Below, one piece after another: positions 13,801-28,800 of a DNA stretch of 64,000 nucleotides. The stretch is from Dimorphilus gyrociliatus (taxonomy: Eukaryota > Animalia > Annelida), in NCBI GenBank assembly GCA_904063045.1, contig CAJFCJ010000025.1:496001-560000 (forward strand), written 5' to 3'. A program made the translations under genes and the position numbers. Under the pieces are notes generated by a model. The model did no database searches and was not told the DNA's origin. It saw only the letters and a program-made list of their open reading frames with translations. Each line of letters begins with the position of its first letter. Position 1 is the stretch's first letter.

Positions 13801-16800
13801 TCTATACTCATCTTCTTCCCCTTTCTCATTTTCTGATTATACTATTTCGTTTTTTAGGAAGAGAGTTACGAGAGTGGCGCTTTTTATACAAGATACTATC
13901 ACTAAAGAGATAATTGAATCCTATAAGATCGCCAGTATCAAATTCGAAAGTATTAAGACAAAGATTGGTTCTATTACTAGTAATATTGTAAAGAAATATT
14001 CCGTAAGCCAATTGGAGAGCGAAGAGAAGAGAGAGGAGACGCTTTTTGGTTTCTTTTTATCTACAAGCGTATCTAAAAATACCAGTTTAGAAGAAACAAT
14101 AGCAACATCAATAAAGAATGACGTAACTCTAGATATTAAAAAAGCGAATGTAACTGTTAAAATCATATCAATAAATGAAAGGATTAACTCGAAAAGTGAG
14201 CAAATGGTTACTCATGTCCAATACGAAGTTATGATAAATACGAGAAAAATATCTAAAAAGACAAGTTTACAAGTCTCAACTACAGAAATAACAAAAGAAA
14301 TATCAAAATTAACAACATCAACTGGAATAAGCTATTCAGTCATTAAAGTAGACGAAAAATTCGTGTTTAAGATGGAAGAAACGCATAGTTTCATTGTTAA
14401 AAATGTTATAAGAAAAGAGATTTTCCAACAGCTCCAACAAAGTTTAGTAAAAACTGTTCTAAAGAAAGTACAAAATGTACAAACATCTGACATCAGCGTA
14501 AAAATAATCAATAGATTAGAAGTATTTTCAACAGAGATTTCTCAGAAAATTACAAGAGTTGACTTTTCAATTTCAATTAAAAATCAACTTATCAGCATAA
14601 ATGAAATAACCAAAGTTAGTTCAACAGAGATAATTCAAGATTTATCTGTCGAATTATCAAAGAAAATATCAATTGTTCAAAATATTAATATTGAGGAAAC
14701 TGTTTCCGTTTCTAAAACTTTTGCTATAACTTTCAAAGAAAAGATTTCTAAGACTGAATTTTCAAAGATTAACGAAGTTATTAAAGAAAGTTTAGAAGCT
14801 GCTAGTATTACTGATGTTTCATCTAGTGTTGTAACAGTTGAAGAAGTTTTCCAGTTGGAAACGTACGTATTCCATCCGATATCTTTAGTAATCCTTTAAT
14901 CCAATATTTTTAAAACAAATAGCAAAACAGTTTTGCATTCCGTAAGAGTTATTGCTAAATCGAAGACGGAAGTGTTGAATGCTAAAGTTGAAACACTGGG
15001 CGATTTTGTCAGTGTTAAAAAGAGGATCGAAGAGAAGAATATCTTGACAATAAACAGTAAGAAAGTATCGGTAAGAATACGACGATCCTATTGAAGATTT
15101 TATACTGATATTAATTAATCCTCTCTTTTTACTTTAGATTGTTGCAATTAGTCTAGAAACAGTCGTACGAAAGTCTGAAACTCATAGGTTAACTTTAACG
15201 TCTGAATTCTCAAGATTAGATATAACAAAGGTTCAAAAAACCATCCTTAGCTTAATACAGGAAACTGATAAAAGTATACTACCATCTTTATTAATATTAA
15301 GAGAAATTTGTATAACTAATTATGATTTTTCTTAAAAAAAGGTATAACTTCAGTTACTATTGTTGGGATAACAAAGAGCTTTACCCTTGAAAAGTATGTA
15401 TAATAATGAATATTCATATACAGTATATCGTAAATGTATATAATCTACATATCTGTTATTTATCCTTTATTTCAAGAATATCTCGCGAATTTTCTAACAT
15501 ATTCTTAAAAGTTGTAAATGATGTTCAAAAGACTATCGTAACTGATTTCCAACAAATCAATATTGTAAAATTAAGTCAAAAACTTCTACAAGAAACAACA
15601 AGAATAAAATTGGAATTTATATCTGAAAGTAATATTCAATCAACGACTGTAAGTTTTCTTTAATAATAACTAACTTATTAACTAAATATTTTCTTTATCT
15701 GTTTCTACATAATCTTCTTCTTCTTCATTTATTAAAAACAACATAACTATCAATTTTCTTGCAGATTGTTGAAAAATCTCAAATGTTTAGCCTAACGTTG
15801 AAGAAAGCAATAATTTCTACGGATATTTCTAAAATAGAGAGTGCTTTTAAGGCGGAATACGAAAAAAGTTTGTCACTCTTTTTTTAATCTTTTGTATATT
15901 TCCTTTTATTGTTCTCTTGTAATTTAAGATTTTTACCTGAGTTCTTACATTCTCTTTTTATATATTTATTTATAGCTTTATCAAAGACAAACCTAAACGT
16001 CAAAATTGTTAAACAAATTGAAAAGATAACCGAGAGTGGGTTAGTTGATTTGTTAATTATATTTATCTATTATTCTATATTGTAAAATATCTCAGAGAAA
16101 CAATATGGGAAATACTTCATGTAGTTAGTGAGGAGAGTGCTGTAACTGGAGAAATAGTTATCATTGATAAAAAAGTTACCAAAGCAATATCGATAACAAA
16201 TATTAAGAAAATATTAAGCTCGATAATTAGATCGGATTCTACGAAGACTTATGAATCATTAGTTGAAACATCTGTTTCAAAAGTAGCACTGAGCGTCGCA
16301 ATTAAAGAAACATTTAAAACTATAATCGATAAGAGAATCGATATTACAAATATCGAAACCAGGACAAAATTTGAGCAAGTTTTGTTAAAATCCTTTAAAG
16401 AAACGGTATCAATAGGTATTTATATCTCATTTTTATTCTATTTATAGTTTTCTCTTCTTTATCCTCTTCTTTTTTTTCTTGTTAATCTTCTTCTCTCAAT
16501 TAAACAAATTTCTTTCCAAAAAAAAGACACAAAAAAGAGAGAACTGAAAAGAAAGCCAACCATTTGCCATATTGAAAAAAACCGTCTTTATTAGGGTTAA
16601 ATCTCTTTAAGATGGCTTCGTACATTTTTTTTCCTTTTTTTATGTTTAAATATTCATTTATGTTAATTTGAAAGGAAAAAATTATGATATTGATTAAGCC
16701 TATCGCCTATCAGAGATAATAAAGTTTTGTTCTCTCTTTTTTTAATCATATCCTGTATGATCCTTTATACGAGATTCTCTCCTTGTGTTACCTGTCATTC

Positions 16801-19800
16801 ATACATTCATATATGTCTATTCGTGTTTTGTGCTTATGCACGTGATGGGTGTTTATGTAACGCTATCAGTATTTTATATTTCAATACTTGGTTTCTCTGG
16901 TTTTGCACAATGCTCTTCGAATTACTTTTTATCACAAATTGAAAAAGACCTTCTTCCTTTCAAATATCATCTGATGTCTGCAAAAAAATTCTGCAAAATG
17001 ATCACATTTCGAAGCTATCTTATCTATAAATTATATAAAAAAAAAATCGCTATTATCTTCTCTCCACCTGGTTTGTATTGCAAGCTTTTAAGCTATTTTA
17101 TCATACTATATTGGTGTGTATAAGAAATTTTTAAATGTTAAATCGCTTGTCCTATTTTTAATTAAATTACTATTCCCTTTAGAAGAATACAAAAACATCA
17201 CAGTATCCATTATGGGAGTAGAAACTGGTTTTACAGAAATAGGGTAATTTACAATTTTCCCTTGATATATTAAATAATTGAAATGAAAAGTTTGCTAATT
17301 TTTTCTATTTTGCTTACTCTACTAAAAGTAAAGAGATACAAATTATCATCTATCGAGTAGTTTCAACTCAAACTACTAAACTTATCCTAAAATCTATTGA
17401 CGTAACCAAAATATCAACGGAAACTTTAATAAAGAATTTACAAATTGAGAATATTGTTACAGCAAAAGTTTGTATTATTAAGTTTATGCTCTAGATTTAA
17501 AAATAATATTTACTATTGATTATAGAAAGAGAAGATTTCTATTCAAAGCTTTGAAGATTTATCTATAATTAGAAAATCAGAGACTTTAAGCGTCTTTGTT
17601 AAAAAAGCATTTTCCAAATCTGATATTGAAATATTTCAAAAATCCATTAGTAAAACTTGGGAGAAAATTAATATTTTTACAATTGTTAAGATTATTTCTA
17701 CCTGGAGTTATGTAAGCGTCACCGGAGAAACGCTTACAGAAGTGATTTATAGTACTCATAATTTGTCAACCAATTCAACATCTCTAAGTGTAATTTCCGC
17801 TCAAACAATGACGTCGATTAATATCGAAACACTAGAGACTGTAATAAAGACGGAAAAAACAAGATTACAGTACGAGTTTATCAGTAAAGAGATACTCGAG
17901 AAAACTGAAACCTACCTAGAAAGTAATATCTTCGAATTTACACTCTCAACAGCCTTGAAAGAGGAAGACATATTGACATTCGAGGAAACTGTTGGAATAA
18001 CTCTACAAGAAAAACTAGAAGGTTGTAGATATTCTCATTTTAACCTTTCATTATTTATAGGAAACTTGCAAATTTCTTCCATAGTTAAAGAGGAATTGGT
18101 TGCAAAATTTATTAGAAGCGTCGAAAAGACTTCTATAACAACAACTAATCAATATTCTCTTGGGTTTGTAGTTAATAACTCTATATGCAAATTATACGGA
18201 ACAAATTAGGTCTAAAAGTGGCGTTTTCCGTAGGCTATCCGTATTTGTGCTTCAAGTTAGCCTTCAGACAAAAACTGGTATTGTTATAGATTCTCGAGTT
18301 GTTCGAAATTTGCTAAATGAAGAAGTAAAAGAAGCTATAAATCTAAGTGAAACTGGAACAAATGTTACTTACAGTGAAAGATTAGTTGAAATTAAAGAAA
18401 AGACGAAATTAATATCAAGAAACCATCTCTTCGGTATAACTTTCCAACAAAAAGTGTCCGATACTCAAACCGAAAGAACCAAACTCGAGCAAGTTTTCAA
18501 AGAAACCTTATCAAGACAAAATACAGGTTTGTACCATTCTTTTTCTAAAAGAATGTGATTTCAAATTATCTTGCCTTTAATCATATAAATTTTCTATAGA
18601 ATATACGGAGATAAGCGTAAAATTTGCCTATGTCGAAGAAGTATTCATTTCGTTTGCAAGATCCGTTTTTATCGTTCATTTTACTGTTGAAACTAAATCC
18701 GAAATACTTAGAGTATACGACCTTAAGGAGATTTCAATAACCATTGTTAAACAGGTAAAAGGAACATAAAGATTTCGTTAAGAGTATAATACTCTTATTA
18801 TGATTCTTTATCATTCTATTTATTGTTTTCTTTTTACAAAATATATATTAGATAATTAAAGAGAAGAAGATTACATCTATTAAAGAGGAAGAATACTCAA
18901 TTGTTGATATCAGTAAGGAGAAGATTATACGCAGAGTGGAAACATTCTCCTTAACGTTACGTAATCAATTTTCTATTGCTGACAAACAGAAGATAGTTGA
19001 GATCCTTAAAAAAACTACACGAGCAAGTTAGTAACATAGATTTATAGTATGATGAATTATCTTATTGTTCATTTTCTCTTTTAACTTAGCTTCCATTGAA
19101 CTAATCAGTATTGAAGAAAAAATTACTATTACGGGGTTATTATATCATTAATATAACTATACTAATTTAGTCATTCCATCAATAACTTGTGACTATTCTC
19201 TATAGATTAACGGTTACCAGTGTTTTATTTATACAAAAATCTCAAAATGGATTAATAATTAATCCAAATTATGTTGTTAAAACTTCCATTGAAGAATTTA
19301 AGAAGGAACTAGTAAAAACAACTTTTACTTCCGGCTTGATTTATACAGTTTTTGAGGAGACAACTAAAACGTTTTCGGAGAAGGAGACGTTTTCATTTGC
19401 TCTAAAAATTGGAGTTAGAGAGGTGGATTACACTCTAATTGAGAATAAAATTAGTACTTTCATTAAAACTGTTATTAGTGGTTAGTTCATTAATATTCAT
19501 ATAATAACTTAATTCGATATCGATATATTCATAAATAGTTACAACTTCTATTCAAGTAAAGATACTACAATGCGTTGAATCGGTAACGGAAACTGGGTAA
19601 ACATTTAAAAAGTATATAAAAAGTACTGTTAATAAAAAATTTCAATAACCTTTCATAGAGAAGTTGTCTACAAAACTGATTACGTTGTCATGACATCTGG
19701 CATAACAATCGATTCAAGAACAATTAGAGAATTTAAAACAACTGAAATACAAACTTTCTTACAAGTGAACATTTACGAGACGAAGGAAACATATTGGGAA

Positions 19801-22800
19801 AAATTTGTCTCAATTCAGAAGACAAGCATAATTAAACGAATGAATTTGCAAACTTTAACAGTTTCAAGTCAATTAACTCAAGTAACCATAAAGAAAATAA
19901 CTGATATCCTACTTTTACAATATCAAAAAGTATTCAATTTCATAAGCGTTACTTTCATTAAGCTAGAATCTTGTTTCATTGAAAATGGGTATGCCATAAT
20001 CTTCGTATAAATGATAGTAGTATTCTTAATAATTCTCTTCTTTTCCTTTCAGCGAGGAGGCATTTATAATCGTTTATAAAGTTGAAAATAATTCAACGAT
20101 TATTAGGAAGATCGATAACATTCAAGTTACATTTGAGAAGATAAAGGTACAGATTGAAATGGAAGATATAAAAACAATCAAGAATACGTCATTAACTCTT
20201 ATCGACGAAACCAAAATGAAAATTACAAGAAGATTAGAAACGAGTTATATTAAGATAAAGGAAAAAGTATCAAGAGAAGATTATTCAAAATTTGAATTAA
20301 TAATAAAAAATTCATTAAAGATAACTGGTAATAAATTAGAAAAGTTAATTTATTCATTCATTAATTAAATATTTTTGTAATAGAATCTACAACCGTAGTT
20401 GTTAAAGTTCTCAGAACTGAAGAGAGGATAACTATAACTGGGTAATTATTAAAGTTGTAAATATTCAGTAATTAATTCAATACTAATATTCATTCATTCA
20501 TTTTCTATTCAAATAGCGAAACCGTAATTTTGTTGATCTATTCCGTGAAAAGAAAGAGTTTATTAGTACACTCTCAACTGATATCTATTGAACAGACTAG
20601 TCTTATTCAAAAGAGAATTAGCGAAACTGTATTCATTTCTAAAAGAATCTATACAGTCTCTCAAGTAAAACTTGAAGAAAGTATAAATATTAAAGAGCTC
20701 TTTAGTTTAACATGCAAAATGTTCATTAAACATGAACATAGATTAATCATTGAGGAGAATATTGCCAAGGAATACAAAGAAGAATATAAATTGGATGTTT
20801 CAGTTAAAATTCTTGTGAAGATAGTAAAGATTATTGAAGAATTTACTGAAACAGGGTTTGTTATTTTTATAACTTTTATACTCTTTTATCTCATCTTTAT
20901 TAAATGTTTTCCTCCTTATCCTTTTTAGGGAAATTATCTACAAAACCTTATACAACATTGTTATCGGTAATAAGAGAATTAATTCGAGATTAATTAAAAA
21001 TGTTAGCGTTACGAGAATTAAGAAGATTTTTGAGCTATCTACTCAAACTAGTCTCTACTCGTCATTCGTCGTTGATATTACAAAGACTACCAAGATTTTT
21101 AGAAGGAGTGAATTACATCAATTTTCGTCAATTCAATCGATTGAAGATAAAACTGCTATTACTAGTTTAATTAAGGAAAGTTTAAAGATTTTAAATTATC
21201 TAGACGTTCAAATAAAGATAATCAAGTTTGAAGAGAATATCTTTGAAGGGAGGAGCGTTTTTACTTGCTACTATTCAGTCGTTCGGAAGAATGTCTATAT
21301 AAGAAATATAGATATTAGACGTATCACTAAAGAGACTTTAACACAAGTTTCGATTAACTTGAATATACTTAGTGTTAAAAAGGAAAAGATTACTTTTGTA
21401 CAAACTGAGAAGATCATAAGAAGAATAGAGACCTTATCGATTTCCATCAGAAATACAGTTAGTATAGCCGACTTTGAAAAAATACAAAGAGTTATTAAAA
21501 AGAGTTTAGAAGAGAGAAATGCTATAAATGTTAATATAAAAATCATTGGTATCGAAGAATACATCACAGAAACTAGGTAAGTAACGCCATCTCGTTTTCT
21601 TTTGAGAATTTTTCAAAATAATAGGCGTCTCTTCTTTTCTTTTAGCGAAACCGTGACAAAGTTAATTTATACGGCAACTACGCTTACATCTACTACGAGG
21701 ATAAACTTGCAAAGTCTTGTTGAATTTTCATCGTCAATCTTTGAAAAGTATCTTAAACTTGAACTGTTTTTGAACAATAGAATTTATCAATTGGAAAAAT
21801 CAAGTATAAAACTTATAAGAATTGATAAAACTTTCTCATTTACATTGAAGGAAAGTATAAAACTTGAAGATTATGTAAAGATTGAAACAAAATTGGCAAT
21901 AGAATATTCAAAAATCTTAAAACTACAAGTTAAAGTAAAGATCTTAAGACAAATTGAAGAATTTAGCGAAAATGGCGTAGTTTTTAAAAGAATTATATTT
22001 AAAATAGAAAGTTTAGATAAAAAGTTGATTGATAAACGAAAAACTGTTGAAATATCAAATGAAATACTTCAAAAATCAATCTTGAATATTAAAATTGCTG
22101 GTTCAATAACGAAAACATATTCAGAGACTTTAATTACAAATATTAAAACCTCTATTAGAACGGAAAATACTCATAATTTCTTAATAGATAAAACAGTAAG
22201 TTTATCTATATCTTATTCAATTTTATTAATGTAATTTCAATAATTTCCCTAGGTTTCTTTTGAAAGTGAAATAATAAAGAAACAATGGGAGAGTGTTATT
22301 CTTTCTAGTTGGAAGAAAGTTCATTCCGGTTCGTTGTTATTCTATATACTAACTATCAAAAAAATTTTTACAGTCTCAAAGAAAAGAACACAAGAAGAGA
22401 ATTTTACTCATTTAATCACCTTATCCCTTTTGTCCGTTTCTTCATTGTCGCTTTGTTATATACTGTATTTATTAGTATCTCTATATATATCAGCTTCCAA
22501 ATATTGTTACTTATTGTGTTTGTTGTTGAAAAGGAAATACGGAGAGAAACTTAGCCTATAGCTCTAACTTATTACCTATTGAATATGTTTATTATTTAAT
22601 TTCGTTGAATGTACATTTTCTTTTATTTAGATACAACGGATATAGAATTAAAGATATTGGGAACTGAAATAATCTATAAACAAGGGTAAACAATAAATAA
22701 CATACTATTTATAGTTTTAAGACAAAACGTTAAACTAATTAATTAATTAATTATCTTAATATTTTTTTTAGAAAAGAGTTTACTCAAATTATTTATAAAG

Positions 22801-25800
22801 TTTTTAATAAGAAAACTCAAACTGTTTTACGAGAGATCGATGTTAAGAAAATTGACTCTAAAGTGATACAACAAAATATTGACGATGTCAAGCTGACAAC
22901 TATTAATAACGAAAAAATAACTGTAATTATTAATGCATATATATTTGTATATATACTAGTAATTATAGCTAATTAACTAATGTTATTATTAGGTGTTTGC
23001 CTCATCCGAACTTGATATCAGGGAAAAGACTACTTTCAAATTAACTTTGAAAACTCAAATACAAGAATCAGATAAACAAAAATTCGTTCAAGCAATAAAA
23101 GAAGCTGTTATCAGCAGTAATAAATTAGGTATATATTTATTTAGACTATTTAATTAACTATTTTAAATAACTAATTTTTGTTAATTAATCAAATATTTCA
23201 GTTTTATCTGAAAATACTACGTCTGCTATCTTTGATATATCTAAGGAAGAAATTACAAAATCAGGGTAATATATATAATCTACGTTATGAATATTCATGA
23301 AATGAATTACTAATTTTTTTTTTACAGAAAAATTGTTGCAACTGTTTCAATAACGGTAAAAAGAGATTCAAAAATATTCTCTTCTCAGGAAGCGGCTTTT
23401 AATATTTCTACAGTTGAAGAACTTTTATCAAATATAACAGTAACTGGTAAGGAAAAACGCATACAAAACTTATTAAATTCTCATAAAAATCCTCTAGTTA
23501 ATGAATATTTTTAATTTTTAATTAATAAGGTACCGACGAAAAGTTTAGCGACGTTTTATTAAGTGCCAAAGTAGCTATTGAACACCAAAATATAATAAAT
23601 AAAAAAGAGAATATTGAAATGGACAAACTACTTTCACTAACTGTAGACAAAACTCTTAAGATAAACGAAGAAAACAAATTAGCCGAAATTGTTAAGAAAC
23701 TTATTGTTAAAGAGAATACTAGTAAGTTAACTGGGAACTATGAATAAATTATGTAATTTAAGTATTAACACTATGCTCTTGCTTTATATTATTAGATATT
23801 GCAGAAGCAAATTTAACTGTTGAGGTTGTCAGACAAGAAAAAGTTATTGATAAAGCAACTAAGGAGACTAAGGTCAAAGTTAAATTGGCAATAAGAGTTA
23901 ATGGGAAAATAAAGGATGCTAGATTACTAAAGATATCCAAAGAAAAGATACAAGAAGAAATCAATAAGGAAAATTTGAATATTAACATTAAATCTATTGA
24001 CAAAGAGATAAGACTGGAAAAATGTATGAAGTTATTAATAAAAAATGTACCACTCGCAAACGAAGATGTTGATAAAGCAATTAAAACTCTACAAGATAGT
24101 CTTAGAGAGTCTGACGCAAAATATAAAGATGGTATCGTCACACTCTGCACAACTCGTCAAATAATAAATGAAAAATCGTAAGTTCAATGCTATTTCTCTC
24201 TCCTACCTTTCATTCTATCAATTAGTGTACGATATAATTAATAATCCTTTACTTTTATAGGGAAACATTAACGGAAATACTTTACGAAGTTTCCATAAAT
24301 AATAAAACTATTGTGCAATCTGTTGATAAAAAAACAATTATTAAGAATTTCAAAGAGAAGAAAACAATTAAGAAAGAAGAATTTAAATTGGTTATCCAAA
24401 ATGAAAAGACTGAGATTATCGATTTTGAAAGTACATTCAAACTTTATTCATTAAACATCTTTTCGAGGGCTAGTTATACTCAAATCATAGCTTCTATCAA
24501 TCAAGTATGGAAGACAAAACTTCAATCTGGTAAGATATTTATATATATATATATATTAATAATTAGTATTTCTATTAAACAAATTAATGTTATATTATTT
24601 ATTATTAGTTATGACGACAGACGTTGATTTTGATATCAAAATTACATCGTTTAATGAGGTATTTGAAAGGAAAGTGTAAGTATTATTTATTATTATTAGT
24701 AATATTATATATTAATGTAATGTTAATGAATTATTCATTATTAAGGAGTGGACCATTTAAAATTATCTACGAATATACATATACTTTGAGTAAAAAGACA
24801 ACGAAAGAGTTAATTTCTGCTCTAAGACTTGAAAAATTGACATCTAATGAGTTGGATGAAATATTTACATCCATCGATATATCATTCAAATTTACCGGAA
24901 ACGTTGAGAATCTTGTTTCAAAGATGAACCTATTCAAGTTAACTGTTAAACAATACGTTCTTGAAAGTCAATATACAATTCTACAAAATAAACTCGAAGA
25001 ATTTTGGTCCGAAGATTCAAGTTGTAAGTTACAAAATAATCAAAAAACTAATGAAACATTCTACTCGATAGTTAATTAATTGATTAATTAGTAATTTCTT
25101 TTTTAATTAATTTATAGTTAATAGTAAAGTGGCAACATTAAGAATCGTCCAACAGCAATACTTCTTAACTTCTGAAAGGGAAACTGTTAGCGTTCTGTTT
25201 ATACTAGCCACAGATAATTCAAACGCTATTATAAAATCTAAAGATTTCCCGAATTTCAATATTCAAGCTTTAACTATTAAATTTGAATCGTTAACTATAA
25301 GATCATCGAAAGGAACTAAATATCTTCTTATGGAAACTGACCAATCAAAATTAATTGAAAGGACAAAAGTCTATAAATTCTTACTAAAGAAATCAATTAA
25401 AATTGAATTTGTATCTTCATTAACAACTGAAATAAGAAAAGTATTTGTACAAATGAAGAAAGGTAAATATTTTCCATACTCTTTAATATATCAGTAATAA
25501 TTTTATTTTATTATTACAGGTATTGTTAGAGAAGAAGATATAAAAATTGAATTGCTGCAACAAGAGGAATACATTTCTGTCAGCGACAAGTAAGAAAGAA
25601 CTCATTCTTTATAAGAACTCATTATAATTAATTATATTTCGGTTAATTCTTTCTTTTGTTTTCTTTTTTAAGAACTACCGCTCTTGCTTCCAATTTCCTC
25701 GTACTTATAGCAGACAGCGTCCTAGATTCGAGACTTGATCTTATTACAGACTCAGATTTGGAAGATATCCTAACATCCATATCGGATTATAAAGATTCAT

Positions 25801-28800
25801 TAGTGAGAAAGATTGAAGAAGGAAACTATATACGTTTCGATAGTTTATTCACTATTCTTACTGAAGTTAGAGTAGAACAAACAACCGAAATTACGAATGA
25901 AATCAAAAAACATTGGCAAACCAACTTACAAAGTAAACATTTCTTTACTTGCATCTTTAACTAATTAATTATCCAAATAGAATATTCATGACATATTTTT
26001 AATAATTTGTATTTTCAGCCTATACAGTTGATAAACTGGAAATAATAACGCAAGAGGAGGTAATACTAGAAAAGAGGTATACAAACTATAAATCTATACA
26101 TACTGCATATAGCGTATATACAATATTTAATATATTGGGTATATTAACTTGGTATTTTTTGTATTTAGTTCTACTTTCGCTTTTGGCGTCTTTTATCTAG
26201 TAAAAACTGATAAAGAAACTCTAGACGCCAATAAAATTGACGTTAAATACACGAAATTACAAGAAATGATTAGCAAAGCTGAAATAATTTATCAAGGAAC
26301 AACTTACAAATATAAAATAGTTGAGATGGAATTATTCACAAGAACAACAGTGACAAAGACTATTCTTATTGAACGAGAAGAGATTGATAAGGTTGTAACC
26401 CTCTTATCTAATCTTTATCTTCTTCATCTTACTTTCCCCCGAAATAGGATAGCTACGAAGTAATTGAAAAATCTTTGGAAGAATCCTACAAAATATCTAA
26501 CAACTTTTTCGTAGATAAATCCATAGAGATTATCGTTAAAGATGAATATATTAGTCTACAAGGGTAAGACTGGATTATGATTTAAATACTATATAGTATG
26601 GACACAAATATCAATTATCATTATCTTCTTTTCCTTTTAGAATTTCGGTTATAAAACTCTTTTATAAAGTTTTACAAGAGAATAAAGTATCAATCCTAGC
26701 CGAATCATTTAATGAAATATCACATTCCGATATACAACAACAACTAAAGGAGTTTAAAGTCTTTACGTCAAATGACAAACTATTTAGATATAAGAAAAAG
26801 TTCTCGTTTGTACTTGAAAGATTCGTATTGAAAGATAACGTTGGTACCATTCAATTGAATTTGAATAAAGCTTGGGAGGCTAGATTACAAACGAATACTA
26901 TCTATTTCGTCAAACAAGAAGAAGTTCTTAACGATAACGGAAAGATATTTTATCAATCGTCCTATTTCGTTGAAAATACAGCAACAAATACAGTGCTAGA
27001 TTCGATTGTTTGGGGTGAATTGGAAGAAAATATCATAGAAGAAGCATTAGACGTTCAAGTTCAGAATTTACAAGATAAATATAAAGATTTTCTAGTAATT
27101 ACTTCAAATGCTACTGAATTAATAAGATGGAAAGACGCTTTTTCAATTATGACTATTGTAAAAATATCTAAACAATACCATGACGATATTAAGAGAGCTT
27201 TAACAAATATGTGGAGGAATATAAGGAAGTTATCAGTGGATATTCATATTTTCCCCAATAGCGAAAAATACGTTCAAGAATCTGGGAATATTATTCATAA
27301 ACTCTTTTATAAAGTTAAAGAGAGTTCAAAATTATTGAAAGCCAGTAACCTTGGTAATTTTGAAGATGGTGAAAATCAGGAAAATTTCAAAAATGTCATA
27401 GTTACAAATAATCAGCAATTATCGTCATTGGTTAGTTAAATTTATTTATATATTTATTAGAATAATTAATTAATTACTCTCCTTCTATCCTATTCATTCC
27501 CTTAGCTGTTCAAGTCAACCAGTGGAGAGTTGTATAGAATAAAGAGTACTTTTAATTTCCAATTATCGCGATCTATATTAAAAACTGATGAAGTTAACAT
27601 TAACACTCAGTTGCAAACTATATGGAAAGCTTCTAATTCCGGTAAATAATTTACTATTATTAGTAATAATCTCATTATTTTCTTTGTGAATTAATTAAAC
27701 AGAAGTTTCAACTGTAACGATTTTGGCCAGAGAAGAATTTATCATCAAATCTAATCTGGAATCTCTATATAAAATATATTATCTCGTTAAAACTGATAAT
27801 AAAATTTTAGACGCCGTTTTTAACAGTGATATAGAATCTCAAAAGGTAATAGAAGAGTAAAATATATATGATCTGTAAAAGTTCTCAACCAATTTATATA
27901 CTCTAATTGCAGATTAGAGACGCTCTTGATGCAGTAACAATTGGTCAAAGCTCTAATAAGTACTCGGAATTTTTCCAAACATATTTGGCATCTGAATTAA
28001 TACCTTTCGACGATTTAATGTCGTTAGCTCTTCGTCAAACTGTCATTAAGACTGATTATATTATATTGGAAGAGAAGTTGAAAGAAGCTTGGGTAAAGAA
28101 GACATCACTTTCGGATGTTGAAATAAAAATTGTAGGTCAAGAACGCTATACATTAGACAAGTAAGAATTGATGAATTTGTTTCTATTTTTTAATTATTAT
28201 TCATTGATTATTCCTCTCTCTCTCTCTCTCTCTCTCCATGAATAGATTATTTGTCTCCAAAATTCTATATACTTTTACCCGAAACCAAGTTATCTATACA
28301 CCAATCGATTTAGAGATGTTAACAAAAGTTGAATTATCAGCTATCGAGGAAATTGATAGTGCCAACGGAGAAAAGTATTCTATTATCGATTCGTCAGAGA
28401 ATTTAATTAGATTCAAGAAAGCCCAATTCATTTACCTTGATAATTATATTAAATTAAATCAAATGGATAAAATCATAGATATTATCTCAAACGTAATTCA
28501 AGATAATACAATCGAAATTCAGTTGGGTCCTTCGGAAGAATTTATCCATCCTACGTAAATATAAACAACAAATATAATCGTTTTATCAATGCTATACTTT
28601 TTATTATACACATTACAGAAAGAAAGTTATTATTCGATTGTCCTACTTTTCATTTATAAGTAACCTTGTTATTGATGGGCGTTTAAGACCTGCTCTATCT
28701 ACTCAAAGACTACAAACCGAACTCGATTCTCTTAAATTAAAGATTGTTGTTGATACAACAAATTATATTAACGAAGTACAAACAGCTACTTTAATGGTTA

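Noticed and set aside
16416-17182. Transposon insertion in the unusually long intron of the giant gene
   Set aside because: The intron is about ten times the typical length, but I found no terminal repeats, target duplication or recognisable coding remnant.
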